DNA from: Chlorokybus atmophyticus
Lineage: Eukaryota; Plantae; Mesostigma and Chlorokybus algae
Direction of reading: 5' to 3'
Assembly (NCBI GenBank): GCA_009103225.1
Contig: RHPI01002112.1
Span: forward strand, 280,150-344,149
Length of the DNA stretch: 64,000 nt
Below, piece after piece: positions 48,030-60,658 of this stretch. How positions within the stretch are numbered: the stretch's first letter is position 1; every line of letters begins with the position of its first letter. The notes beneath the pieces were generated by a model. It did not search any database. It was not told where the DNA came from and was given only the letters and a program-made list of their open reading frames with translations. The position numbers were made by a program, and so were the translations under genes.

Positions 48030-49770
48030 TGTTAGCCTCTCATGCATGTGCATAGTGTGTCAATGACAACTAGGTTTGTGTGGCCGTCTCTTGTTAGCTT
48101 GTTCAGTGATCCCTTGTAGATTTGAAACTGTGGGCATTTTAAATGAACGAAGTGAGGATAGTTTGGATTGGTACAATGAGTTGGTGTCGGAGTATGTGCA
48201 TCGAGATGTATTGTGGTTGGTGTGGTGTTATGTTGCGATGTGTAGGAGTGGCGATCAAAGGTAGTATATTTTTGCAGTGACAATACTGTGCGCCTGGTAC
48301 TTGGCTAGTGCTAACATGTTGCTGCACTATCAGAGTGAAGTTGGCCCCGGGTGTAGTGAAGATGTCCTAGCCCGTCTGCTCTGCCCACTGCTGTCAATGC
48401 TGAGTGTTGCATAAACTGCGCTTTTTGTGCTACACACGACAAATTCCATCGTACACCACATGGTACATGCAATGTAACATGTTATTTAGAGTGCAAAGGT
48501 GTGCAATGCAAAGCCAACAACCTCAGAGATTGTTTACAACCTCAACACCAAGCACAAGGCACAAGTTACACAAATAAAGGGGGGGCCCAGAGCAGCGCTA
48601 GCTACAGCTAGACAATGACAACATTTAGACGACAACAGGCAGAGCAGGGCAGGGCAGGGCAAGGGCAAGTGGTCACCATATGCGCAGCAGAGGTGTATGA
48701 AGGCGCATGCAACGAACATGCAAGAACTGTGATTGACACACAGCATGCAGGCAGTCATTGTCAGCAAGTAGTTCACCACCGGGCTGACCTACTCTACCTT
48801 CACTACCGCTACTACTGATACCACCACCCTATTAGACATGCAAGCATGCATATAACCTGCAATCACCTGCACAATGTGCAGCTAGTTGGTGGTTAGCAGC
48901 ATTAGGCAGTTGGCAGCATTAACAGTAGACGGACTCCCTCCTCCCGCCAACATTACCCTCGCCCCTCCTCGCCATTTGCTGCTGTGTTTGGCAGTCGTTT
49001 GTAACCCTCAATCATGCACTGCTGACGTCAGCAGTGCACGCTTGCAGCGGTGGCGCGTGGCATGATGGTTCGGTGCAGTCGGTCTACATTGTTGTTGGAT
49101 TATTGCCGAATATAGCCGACCCTGTCACTTGGTCTGCAGGGCTTCATCCGCATCTGCCGTTAGCGCGTGGCATGCGCCTTGCAGCGGGCGGTGGCGATGG
49201 CGATATTGGAGCGAGGAGCTGCGGCGGTGGCCGCGGTGCCGGGATGGGGTCCTGTGGCTCAAGGCCCTTCTGAACTGAACTACTGAGGCAGACGCGGCGC
49301 TTGCTTAGCAAGACAGTGTGTGTAGGGCTGTGTACGGTGGGGCATGGTGGCAGCACGGTCTGGTGGCAGCACTTACATCGAAAGCTTGTATGTCAATCGT
49401 AACAGGGGTATTCAGCTTCGGGGTAATCGCGCAGCTGGGTTTTACAATGGAATTGCATTGCAAGAGCAATCTGCGCAATTACCTTCGATTGACAGGCGCA
49501 ATAACTGATGTGCTAGCTGTTGCAGTGGTTACCTTTAGTACGACTGGATGTGAAGGTGGCATCAATCTCTCTCATTACATGGGCATGCATGATGTCAGCA
49601 TTGTCAGCGGCAATCATTAACATTAGTGAACTATAATTTATAGCATTACTCTACAAATTCATACAGATTAGTACTATCATGCATACGTATGAAATTCAAC
49701 AAACCCGCACAATATCAATAAAGAAACACCTTGACATCGCACCTGCGACCATTGTCATCAATGTCGTCAT

Positions 49771-50020
49771 CATCATCGTTGTCGTTACCGTTATTGCCGT
49801 TACTGTGGTGGTGGCTCTGGATATACATATATATCAATATCATCGTTGTCGTCACCGTTATCGCCGTTGCTGTGGTGGTGGGTCTGATATACATATATAT
49901 CAATATCATCGTTGTCGTCACCGTTATCGCCGTTACTGTGGTGGTGGCTCTGATATACATATATATTAATATTATCATTATCGTCACCGTTATCGCCGTT
50001 ACTGTGGTGGTGGATTTTAT
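49771..50020. repeat. Minisatellite, about 66-bp unit, four copies, in an AT-rich island
   Basis: Unit CATCGTTGTCGTCACCGTTATCGCCGTTACTGTGGTGGTGGCTCTGATATACATATATATCAATAT starting near 49774, 49841, 49907 and 49973. Confidence 0.92.
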
Positions 50021-51150
50021 AAATAAATATACATATATATATATAAACATATATATATACAGTCTACTCTCCTTGTAAGTATACACTTGGTCCTTTAAAA
50101 ACATACTTATAGAGCAGATATGTTTACCTCCATTTAAGTATATATATGTATACTAGTATATGATACTTACAATCAGTTTAAGTGCATAATATATATTATA
50201 ATATATCGCATCTTTCTTAGTAAGCATAGGTATACTTATATAGTGAACCACGCGGCGTCACGCAACAGCGTCACACAATGACTTTGTGACAATGCTGCGT
50301 TTAGTGACCCTCCTTGTAAGTATAATCTCTGCTAAAGCGGAATTTCCTTGAAAATCGGTTATGTTTACATGTATATAAGTATTCATAATAACCAACAGTA
50401 TTTGCTACGGAAACTATTAGCTCCTTGTCATTTTATGTGTATAGAGCATTTATATCTACAAAGACGATACTTATAGCCCGAGTAGACTGTATATATATAT
50501 GCCTCAAAGACTCACACCTGCAGCTCTGCTGCAGGTGGTCCTACTTGCGCTACTATCTTCACCCTGCCGCTTTGCGCTAATGCCTGCCCGCCGACTGTGC
50601 TTGGTTGTTCCATGATGATTGTCAATTGCATCTCTTTGCTTCATATACTACTATCACTCGGATGTCGTCAGCGTGTTGCTGTACACAAGTTTGTGCACGC
50701 CTGTAGGTGGATTGCATGCACCACGCACAGGACCAATCCTAGGGAGACCAATGGACCCAATCATGCATGCACTATCTGCTATAGACGATAATCCACATCT
50801 GCTGCAAGACGCTCAGCATTGCACAACAATGCCCCCAAGTAGGGCGGCCTTATCCACCAGGTTGATCCTGTGCAGGTCTCGCGTTCACCATTGTACCAAA
50901 GGGGTGTGCTACTATGCCGGCATGCATTGTGTGCCGAGACATGCTGTGTGTCGCAGACGCTTATGATGGCTGCATTTGATTGTGATGATCTGTGTGGCAT
51001 TCTGTTTGCGACACAGGTGTGTCTTAAATTAGGCAGGCTGCAACGCATGTGCATAGAACTGGTTGGTCACAAGGTACAGTATTCTTATTCACAAGGAAAC
51101 AATAACACCTGCAACTACTAATGGCTCAAGCTGCAGTTATACTACAGCAC

Positions 51151-54100
51151 CTACAACACGTTCTTTGTGACCAGCAGCCCAGGCCTTTGGTTGTTTGCTG
51201 CAGCGGCAGCATCCGCAGATGCCACGGCAACAATGTTAGCCTGCTCGCCGCGCACAACCTCAAGGGCATCTGCAAACTTGTGGAAATCTTCTTGTGTGGT
51301 CGACAGGATCTGCTCCCTCCTTTGTTGCCTCTCCTCGTCTGTCACTCCAAGCACGTACCGCATGAAGCTGCACAGAAGAGAAAAGGATGAAACAAGTCAG
51401 TGAAGCCAGTAGTGCCACCATGTCAACTTGCACCATAGCAAGAAACACTACACTACCACCACCACGCCTATATTTGGGGTGCTCATATGTGGTGCTTGTA
51501 TATGGTGATGGTTGTCGGTGTGAGGGCATAAGACACAAGGTTGCAAGGAAACTTGCATGTGGATGTGGACCCTGAAGAACAAGAGCAGGCGCAAAGTACC
51601 TGGTATAGCCCTTGGCGTCAGGGAGCTGGTATGAATCAACGTCCCCGATGCAGCCAATGATGGCCTTAGTAAGGGCGTCCTTGGACAGCTCGAGCCCACG
51701 CAGGAACTCGGGGGTGCCATCATAGTTGTCGAGGGTCTTGAGCAGGTTGGGATCGCGGTACGATAGGTAGCTGAAGACGCCACTGTTAGAGTCAAAATCG
51801 CAGAAGCCGCCATATGCGCCGCCGCTCACTCGCACGCGGTCCCACAACCACGTGGCACCCACGTGCTTGCTGATCACATACGCACTGCCGTCCAGCTCGT
51901 ATCCCGCATTGTACAAGTTGGCGGCCTTCCCAACATAATTCACCTGTGGAACGCGAGGACGACATGAGTGCAGGCAGGCACACACAAGCGCGCACTTGTG
52001 CACGCACACGTATGCAAGTGGCAAAGCTGCAAAACTGATGCAAGCACACGTGCATGCACACCATGCGCAACATAAGTGTCATCTTCACCTGCGTGGGGAC
52101 GATGAGCGCCTCATTTCTCCTAGAGAGGATGTCTTCCCATGGCGCGGGCTCCACGTGTGTGTCGGGCAGGGACTCCATGAACGCCGCAACATCCCCATCA
52201 ACAGCAGTGAGGGTCTTCTCGTCCGCGGTGAGGTTGACCAGCAGGCCCTTGCGCGACAGCAGACATGTGCGGATCTCCTCAAGCCCGGCCTGGACGGAGT
52301 CCCAGTCCGAATCGATCTTGTTGGCCAGCTCCTTGATGTAGTCGAACGAGCTCAGACCGCCCATCAACTCAGACACGTAGCCTGCGCGGCTGTCCATTGC
52401 GTCGAGCCGTGTTGCAGCTACGCTGTGGCCGCTACCAAGCATGCGGCCCTGAGACACATGACAACGTGTTGATAAGTGCATTCCAGGACTGATGCAATGC
52501 ATGCAGGCATAACCAACGATGCAGATGTAACGCCCCATAGTAATGCGTTGTTACCCAACATGAACTCACGAGCTGAGTAACATGCGAATTGAGTAACACA
52601 CAAAGCGTGCCCTGAACGCAGCTTGAACGCGTGATGTCATGTGGGTACCGCGCGGTGCAAGCCACAACCAAAGTGTGTAACATACCTCCTTTGAGGCTTT
52701 GCTTTCAAGGACCATCTGCTTGAACCGCTCCTTGTCATCCAGTCGTGCATTAAGCATGATCTCGCGCATGAGGTCGAACATGCTGGCGGCCTGGCCGGCC
52801 ATGGCCTTGCCCCTGAGCATCATGTAGAGCGCGGGCTCCTCGGGCCTCTTGCGCACGGGCGACGCGAACGGCGACGCGGAGATGCCGCCCGTCTTCTGAC
52901 CGATCTTCTGCGTCAGCTCGATGAACGAGAGCTTGTCCGTGCCCATCTCGATCAAGCAGCGGCTGCAAAGCACGCGTGTTAACATGTGTTCAAAGAGTGT
53001 ATATGCAAAATAACACGCCTGCCCAAGGGTTACATTTGTGCTTACCAGAAGAGAGGCACCAGCGGCATGAGGCGCTTTGGCACCGGGCGCATGTCAAATG
53101 CCACATCAACGTACAACACATCATTGGTAAAGAGATCATGCGAGATGACATGTGCTCCAGCCTTGTCCCTCACCTGCACCAATACCAACGCCATGAGCAA
53201 AACAACCAAACACAGTCAAAGACAACGAAAACACGTTCCACATGTACGCATACATCAATCGGAATTGTCTTCGCCTCCTTAGGGATGTCCTCCAACACGA
53301 GGGCGGGTACAGTGGCGAGCGCTTCAGGTGGGTCGGGAGTCTCCTGCTTCTCCTTCAGCAACCGCGTGGCCTCGATGACGGAATGGATGTCATCCTCCTT
53401 CAGGCCACTGCGCACGCTCTCCAGCCGCTCCTTCTCTTCGTTCTCAATCTCCGCACCAAGCTTTGTATCCGGCTGCAACAGAGAAGCGCGTGTGTAAGCA
53501 TCGCTGGCATTGAACTGTTTGTGCATGCATTTGAGGGTACGTACTGTTTTTGTGCATGCACACACTCGCATGCACGTGTGGATGCCTGCTTCTACTTATG
53601 CTCACGCACGTGTATGTGTGTGCACGTGCATGCATCTTTGTGCGTGTGCATGTATGTGAGGAGGTGCATGCGTGATGTGTGTTACTTTATGAGATATGTG
53701 CACCCTTGGTACCTGCAGCTCCAGTGTAACGCGATGGGTGTTGTCCAGCAAATACTGATTGATGAGCGGAGAGAACACTGCCTTCGCTCCCTCTGATGCA
53801 ATCCTGCCCTTTAGGTGCTTGAGGGGCTCCTCAAACTTGAGCGCATCGAACGGGCTGCCACCATACAGCCATTGGCCCTACAACACACAGAGAGAGAAAA
53901 GTGTCAAATGAGCCATCCCCAACAACCCTTCTCTCATGTATCAGTGTACAATACAGTAGCACAACAAGGTCGGCGCACCATAGAGGACAACATCAAAGCG
54001 AGGCCTCGTGGGAACCGCCCGGTATTGTTCTCGCGCAGATAGAACTCGATGGTGTTGATGCTGGCCTCCACGGCTTCGTCAGAGAAGCTCTCTTCTGCCA

Positions 54101-54698
54101 GCTCCTTCAGCTTGTCCATCACCAACGCCTCCAACTTAGCGACATCTTCAGGCGCAACGCCCTGCGAGAAGACCATCATCAACCAACCACTACAACAGCT
54201 GTCACCTTCTGCAAGCACAACTCAGGCCTCACAGCCATTAAGGCTGCCGTTTAGAACTTGGAAAACCCATTGCTTGCATGACACTTGCAAAGCAATCTTA
54301 CAGCTCTCAACACCCCATGTGCTTGCGCCACATTCAAGTGTGCTCCCTTAGAGACAACGCAACGAGTGTATACATACGACACATATACCGCATCCCGACA
54401 CGCACCTTCATGCCAATAGAGAATGTCGGCTGCGCCAGCTCGGTTTCCAGGCCACCTCCGACGACGGCCTCTCCGAGGCCCGAGTCCATCAGTGCCTTGT
54501 GCAGCGGGGATGCGCTGGTCCCCAGCATGAGGTGGTTCAGGAACGACAGCGCCAGGTCCGTCTCGAGGTCCAGCCGGCCCTCGGACAGGACCCAGTTGAC
54601 CGTGAGGTACGTCTTCTTGTCCACATCGGCCTCCTCACCAACACCATATTTCTGGAAGTAAAGATTGCTAACTGTGTTGCTGTACGCTTGAGAGCAAG

Positions 54699-54738
<40 letters not shown>

Positions 54739-57082
54739 GCATTTATATGTGTGCGTGTGTGACATGGTCACGCATGCGCACACCATGCGCGTGCGCACGC
54801 GTTTGCAGCCACACATGCATGTGCGCGTGCATATGTGAGTGTGCGTGTGTTGGTTTGGAGCTAGTTTTCCCACACACCTCAACATAGCGCTTTGGTTCCT
54901 TGAAAAGGGGCTGAGAGCCCACAATCGACTCCTGGCGAGCCTTCTCGTTGGCCTCGAACTCGGACAGATACCCGTCGAGGATGCGGAGGCGCTCGGTGGC
55001 ATCATCGTCGCCGTAGACCCAGATGCGCGCGTTGCTAGGGTGGTAGAACTTGGCGTGGAAATCCTTGAACTGCTCAAAGGTGAGGTTGGGGATCACCTGC
55101 ACGCACAGCAGTTTGCGAAAACATCAGCCTAAGCCACCAACACTGACAAACTGAGAGGGTGACGATGTGCCCTCAAACAGAAAACATAAAACCCTGATAT
55201 GCAGCGCATGAGGTATAGTACAGTACAAGGAGCTAGCTAATAACTAGGTCCACTGTGGATTTCAAGCGACATCCACCTTATGGAAAGCTGAAGACCAGCA
55301 TCTGATCTACAGTTAACCCATTACTTTGGGACATAACCATACATAGGAGCTCGAGCACTTTGCATTTGAACCATAGACGCAATCATCATGGGCTTTCACA
55401 TGAGCAGTTCTGCTCTATAAGTGGTTGGTGCAACCGCGACTCTACTCACCCTCGGGTCACCTCCGCTGTCAACGCCATACGTGTTATCGGGGAACAGCTT
55501 CTGCTGGATCTCGCGGCCCAACACACTGTCCGGCTGAGAGTAGACACCCTTCATCTCATTGAAGACCACACCTGCGCCCCACATAAACCAACTGGGCAAC
55601 CAGCTCGTACATGTGCACATCTATGTGGTTGCACTAACACTAACAACCCATGCAACAAGCGCCGCATGTTGTGATGTGATGATAGATTGTGTTTAAATGT
55701 GTTTTCTCACCCTTGAAGGTGAGTGGCTCTTTGGGGTCTTCAAGCTCATAATGCCAGCCTTCCTGCTGGAACACCAGCTCATCTGATATGCATCTCGGGT
55801 GGAACACCGCGTCCAGATATACATCAATAAGGTTGTAGAAGTCCTGCCCAATACATACATGAGTTAGCCAGATTTGCGGATGCTTGCACACATACACACA
55901 CACTCACATAAATTTCACCATGCATATTGCTGTCAGTGTTTCAACATCACCGCAAACAACAATATGCATACTTGCAGGTTTGTAGAGGCAACGGGGTAGC
56001 AGGTGCGGTCGGGATAGGTGAATGCGTTGAGAAAAGTGTTTAGGGAACCCTTGATGAGCTCCACAAACGGCTCCTTGATCGGGTATTTGCGCGAACCGCA
56101 AAGCACGCTGTGCTCCAGTATGTGCGGGATGCCCGTGCTATCAGACCTGAGTTGGGCCAATATTGTTGAGGGCTCTGCCAAACAAACACGAGGACAAAAC
56201 GACAAGTAGCCAAATTACATCTGTGTGCGCACTTGCGAACGCACACACGCATGCAACACACGAGTGCACATGCATGTGCCCGTGCGCAGAGACAACAAGT
56301 GCAGAAGCATATCTACATGTGCGCATGCACGCGCATGTAAGTATGTATAAATGCTTACGGGGGAGTGCGAAAGACAATGCCAAAGACTTTGTTCTCATCA
56401 TCGGTCTTGACGGACATCAGCTCCGCGCCTGTCTTCTTGTGGCGGTACAGAGTGCAGTCGGCATTGTACTCGGTGATAAACTGCGTCTCAACCTCTTCAA
56501 ACCCATGAAGCTCGCGCGCTACTGGCGTTGTCTCTGCTTAGAAAGACAGTTAAGCTGGACACACACGCATGCACATACGTACAGTTCGCCAAAACCTCCA
56601 TAACATGTGATACAGAACCTTAATTTGGCAATGCTACTGCAAAACAGAAAGCCGAGCAAGCAAACGCCAGCTGCTATGGACATGCATGCACGTCAATAGC
56701 TGTAGCGTTCTGCTACTGACACATGCACACAGTTACAGACAACGAGAATGGCGTGCCAACACACATGCAGCGGACATGCACCTGCAGGCGAAGTGGCAAC
56801 AGCTTGCGTGACAAGCTTGCGGGCAGTGTTGGCGTTGAATTGGGAGGGAGAGGCAGCGGCAGCGGAGCGCAGGAGGCGTCCGGAGAGCAGCAGCGGTGCA
56901 GCCGCAGGGGAGCCTGCAAGAAGGGGTGCCCTGCTGGCAGACCTCAACCCAGCGTAGCGAGGCAGCGGACCAGCCGCAGCACTCCTCGCAACGCCGCCCG
57001 CCGCCGAAACATGCAAACCCCGCCCCGACACTGTCGCCGCCCGCACGCCGGTGCACGCTGACGCCGTCGCCAACGCCGCCAT
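51151..57082 (-). CDS. PreP: Presequence protease (M16C, pitrilysin family) with organelle transit peptide; many exons
   Basis: Inverted zinc motif HILEH (56110-56124) in TGIPHILEHSVLCGSRKYPIKEPFVELIKGSLNTFLNAFTYPDRTCYP; GVVFNEMKG, YHPSNAR, LWDRVRVSGGAYGG, LSYRDPNL, QLPDAKG. Ala/Arg-rich N-terminus ending TQAVATSPA. Confidence 0.97.
54700..54731. repeat. (TA)n microsatellite in a PreP intron
   Basis: Pure TA run. Confidence 0.9.
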
Positions 57083-57573
57083 CGCTGCCTCCGTCAGCCT
57101 CACCAGCACCCTGGCTCTCGCCACCGTGGCTACTTGCCGGCTCCTCCCGCCGAGGCAGACGGCAACACCGCCACCGACACCGACACTGTGGCTGACACCG
57201 GTTGCGAGAGAAGCCGTTGCTGCATCGGCTGCTCAACGCACAGCTAGACAGCAAGAGCAAAGACTAGCGAGATTATCTTTTGTGCGCGATGGTTGAGATG
57301 TCGCTTCGGAGCGTCAGGCAGGCATTCCTCAGTAGCGAGCACCTGTTTCGGCTTCTATCTTATGACGTGGACGCATGAGGCTTGGCCAAGCTGACGCGAG
57401 CTGATCTGAACACGGCTTACCGTAACTGCGAACACGGAGGTTATTGTACTGGTATCGCAATTGCAAAGGGACATTTAAGTTTACGTTTAGACATGCATTC
57501 AGATGTCTTAACTAGTTAAGGTATGCTTGAGATGGCGATGTGCTGAGCACCAGGCCAAGTGGTCGCGGCGAGC

Positions 57574-59530
57574 ATGGTGCTGATCCAGTACATGCCGCAG
57601 CTGGCCAAGAAGAGGATAGTGCTCGCATCCGCGTCCCCACGTCGACAGGAGATCCTGCGAGGCCTGGTACGTCAGTGGATGCTCTCCCTGTCGCTGCATT
57701 GAGTGCTAACTTCCAAGCAGCATGTTGTCTCGTTGTCTCGTTGACGTCAAGTAGTCAACAAATTGATGCTGACAAACAACTTGTACCATCAACACGCACA
57801 GGGTCTGCCTATTGAAGTCATCAAATCCACGTTCGAGGAGACTCTAGCCAAAAGTGCATACAAAAACGGAGGCGGTGAGCACACACTTTTGTAGGGTGTT
57901 TTCTATTAGGTGCAGCTGATTCAACTTTAGTGCGTTGTAATGCGCTAGTGCGCCACTGTTGGTGAACCAGGTTTTTGCTTGCATGCAGCATGCATGAACT
58001 TGAACGCTGGTGAAAGTGTTCAGACATTGTCGTGAGCTACTGTAGCTACATGTTGTCATGTCATGTGATTGCAAGATGCATCACTAACTTGCACACAACA
58101 TATGTCTTTCATCACCGTCATTGTGCTATTTGCGCTCCAGTCCTGTGAAACGTGACTGATGTCTCACTTTCTTTGCATTGTTTCCAAACCTGACAGATTA
58201 TGCTGTTGAGACAGCCACGCACAAGGCCATCGATGTGGCCTCCAGAACACTTGCGGTAAGCAGCAAAATATGCAGGTTGCTACTATTGTTATTGTTGTGG
58301 TTGTGCTGGTGCAATTCGACTTGGCTTAAACATATGAAGCAGAGCTCTCGGGACCGGCCGCCGGACCTCATAATCGCTGCTGACACGGTGGTGGAGTACG
58401 AGGTAAAGTCATGTCATAAGTTTGCATTAGGTTTTCCAAACCTATTGTGACAATCAGCGGTGGTCTGTCCTGAGATGTTTGTTGACTGTTCATTGACTTG
58501 GTTGTTGTTAAAGATAGGGTCTGTACCTGGAGAAGCCTGCTGATGAGGTTGAAGCCGTTCAGATGTTGACCCGTCTGAGTGGTGCGTGCTTACCAGAGTG
58601 TGTTGTGTGCCATCTTTACTTGCGGTGTTTCATGCTGCTATCTCATCATAGAGGAGAGAAAAAATTATGCGTGCGAGGTGATCGACTGGTTGTGCAGGCA
58701 GTCGGCATGTGGTCCATACGGGTGTTGCGCTCATGCTGCCAGCTGCTGCAGGTAATAGATGCATGCCTGTGCATTTGTGTGCATGCGCACGCGTGTCTTT
58801 ACATGGTCGCATGCGCGTGCATGTGTGCATGCAGGCTATGCGCGCAAGTGTGTTCACTCAGTCGTTGAGCAGCATACTGAGCGACTCTCTGACTACGGAC
58901 GTTGCATTTGAATGCAGATCCAAAGGTGGGCAAGCCTCCGCTGCTGCAAACCTTCTATGAGAGCACTGAGGTACACACGCAGGCGCATGCGCACACACGC
59001 ACGCACGCACATGGCTCTTATGGCATGAGCAGCAAACACCAGTATGTTCTCCTGCTCAATGCTCTTCTCACAACAAGACACACTGTTTCCTCCCAAAGGT
59101 GCAATTTGCGCCGCTTGACGCGGCCACAATAAGGGCGTATGTGGCCTCGAAGGAGCCAATGGACAAGGCCGGGTGTTACGGGATCCAGGGCGTTGGAGGC
59201 TCTTTTGTCAAGTCGATAAACGGGTGTTACTTTAATGTTGTCGGCTTCCCCACTCACAGGTGCGAGTGGACACCGCACGCACACCATGCACGCACACACC
59301 CATGTACCCAAGCACACACCCACGCTCATACGCCACCGACCCACCCCACCTGTCTGCATGCACAACACACACATATATGTGCGTGTTATACGCAAACGGC
59401 GTGAGAGGGCACTGCCACTGACTCGTTTCTGGATGACTAATGTTTGCTTGCAACTAGATTTTGCGTGGAGTTGGAGAAGCTCATCAAGGCAGGGCATCTG
59501 TCTCTTTCAGAGCCTGCACCATTGCAGTGA
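57574..59530 (+). CDS. maf: Maf-family nucleoside triphosphate pyrophosphatase (dTTP/UTP type), multi-exon
   Basis: [64 protein letters not shown]. Confidence 0.93.
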
Positions 59531-60349
59531 CTTGTATAATAATAAGAGGTTAAGTGTGCCTCAGACATGTGCTGCCCGCTTATTATCATAAAGCCGTTAT
59601 CACATAATTCACCTGCTATGCTGTCACCCTTGGCATCCCAGGGGACACATTGTCAAAAGAACGGCGAGGGCATTGACTGTGTGCAGCGCATGCCACACAT
59701 CCCTGCTCTTACATATTGTACACCACATACACGACACACGCGTCGCAATGTCAAGTGCAGACGGCAGGTCTGCAGTCTGTCACACAATACACAGCACGCA
59801 ACCGCATGCATACGTGCAAGTACATGGGGAGCAGCGAAGTCTGCCCATGTGGGCAGCGAGGACTACACACGATAAGAGACCACCGCCTGCGAAGGCGACG
59901 TCATGCATGTCGTGCTGACGTCGTACATGCATGCTGTAAGATACGCCAAACCTGATCGGCCTAGCGGCAGCGCTGGCGCTGCAGTGTACAGAATATGCAT
60001 GTGATGTATGTGTCGGGCGGGGAGTGAGTGGTGGCGGAGTTGTAGAGGAGGGCGGGGGGAGTCTTTTATTAGTCTGATGTGGCTGTCGCTGATGCCGTCG
60101 AGACTGGTTGCCAACCACAGCCGCGGTGCAGGTAATGGCACAAGTATGCATGCCTGCTAATCTAATAAGGGTTGAGCTAGTAGTGGGGTAAGGTAGGTAG
60201 CCTGAGGTAGGTGGTAGGTTGACAGCCCGGTGGGGAATGCAAGTGTTGTTGTGCGTTCGACACTAGCCCAGTGGGTCATGTTGACTGCCAGTTGCACACC
60301 ATGCATGCCTGCACAGCAGCATGCCCCTTTTGTACAATGTGGGGAGAGC

Positions 60350-60525
60350 TGATTGTTGACAACAGCATGCCCAGTGCTCTCATTGCATACACGTCTAAGA
60401 TGAGTTTGTATGCGCATTGGCATGCTGCGAGAGAGGGGCGGGAAAGGATCATTAACAACGGCACGTCCAGCACTCTCACTGCGTGCACCGCTTCTTTGAG
60501 TCTGTATGCGCATTGGCATGCTTGA
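60350..60525. repeat. Short diverged tandem duplication (about 95-bp unit)
   Basis: TGAGT[T/C]TGTATGCGCATTGGCATGC at about 60401 and 60498, with colinear upstream similarity. Confidence 0.7.
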
Positions 60526-60658
60526 TGCATTTGACCTTTACACTGGTGCTATGTTCACACAAGCCAACATCACCAACATCGTGTTTTAAAACTGTAAGGG
60601 GAACAAGCTGCATCCGCTGCACCCTGAGAAACTGTACAAAAGCCGCTTACTTCTGCAC

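Noticed and set aside
49715-50104. Hydrophobic I/V/Y-rich ORFs, or a CRISPR array
   Set aside because: The ORFs are read-throughs of the minisatellite. The units are contiguous with no unique spacers and there are no cas genes.
25912-57082. Functional cluster of organellar peptidases (oligopeptidase B and PreP)
   Set aside because: They are 20 kb apart with unrelated genes between, so there is no evidence beyond chance.
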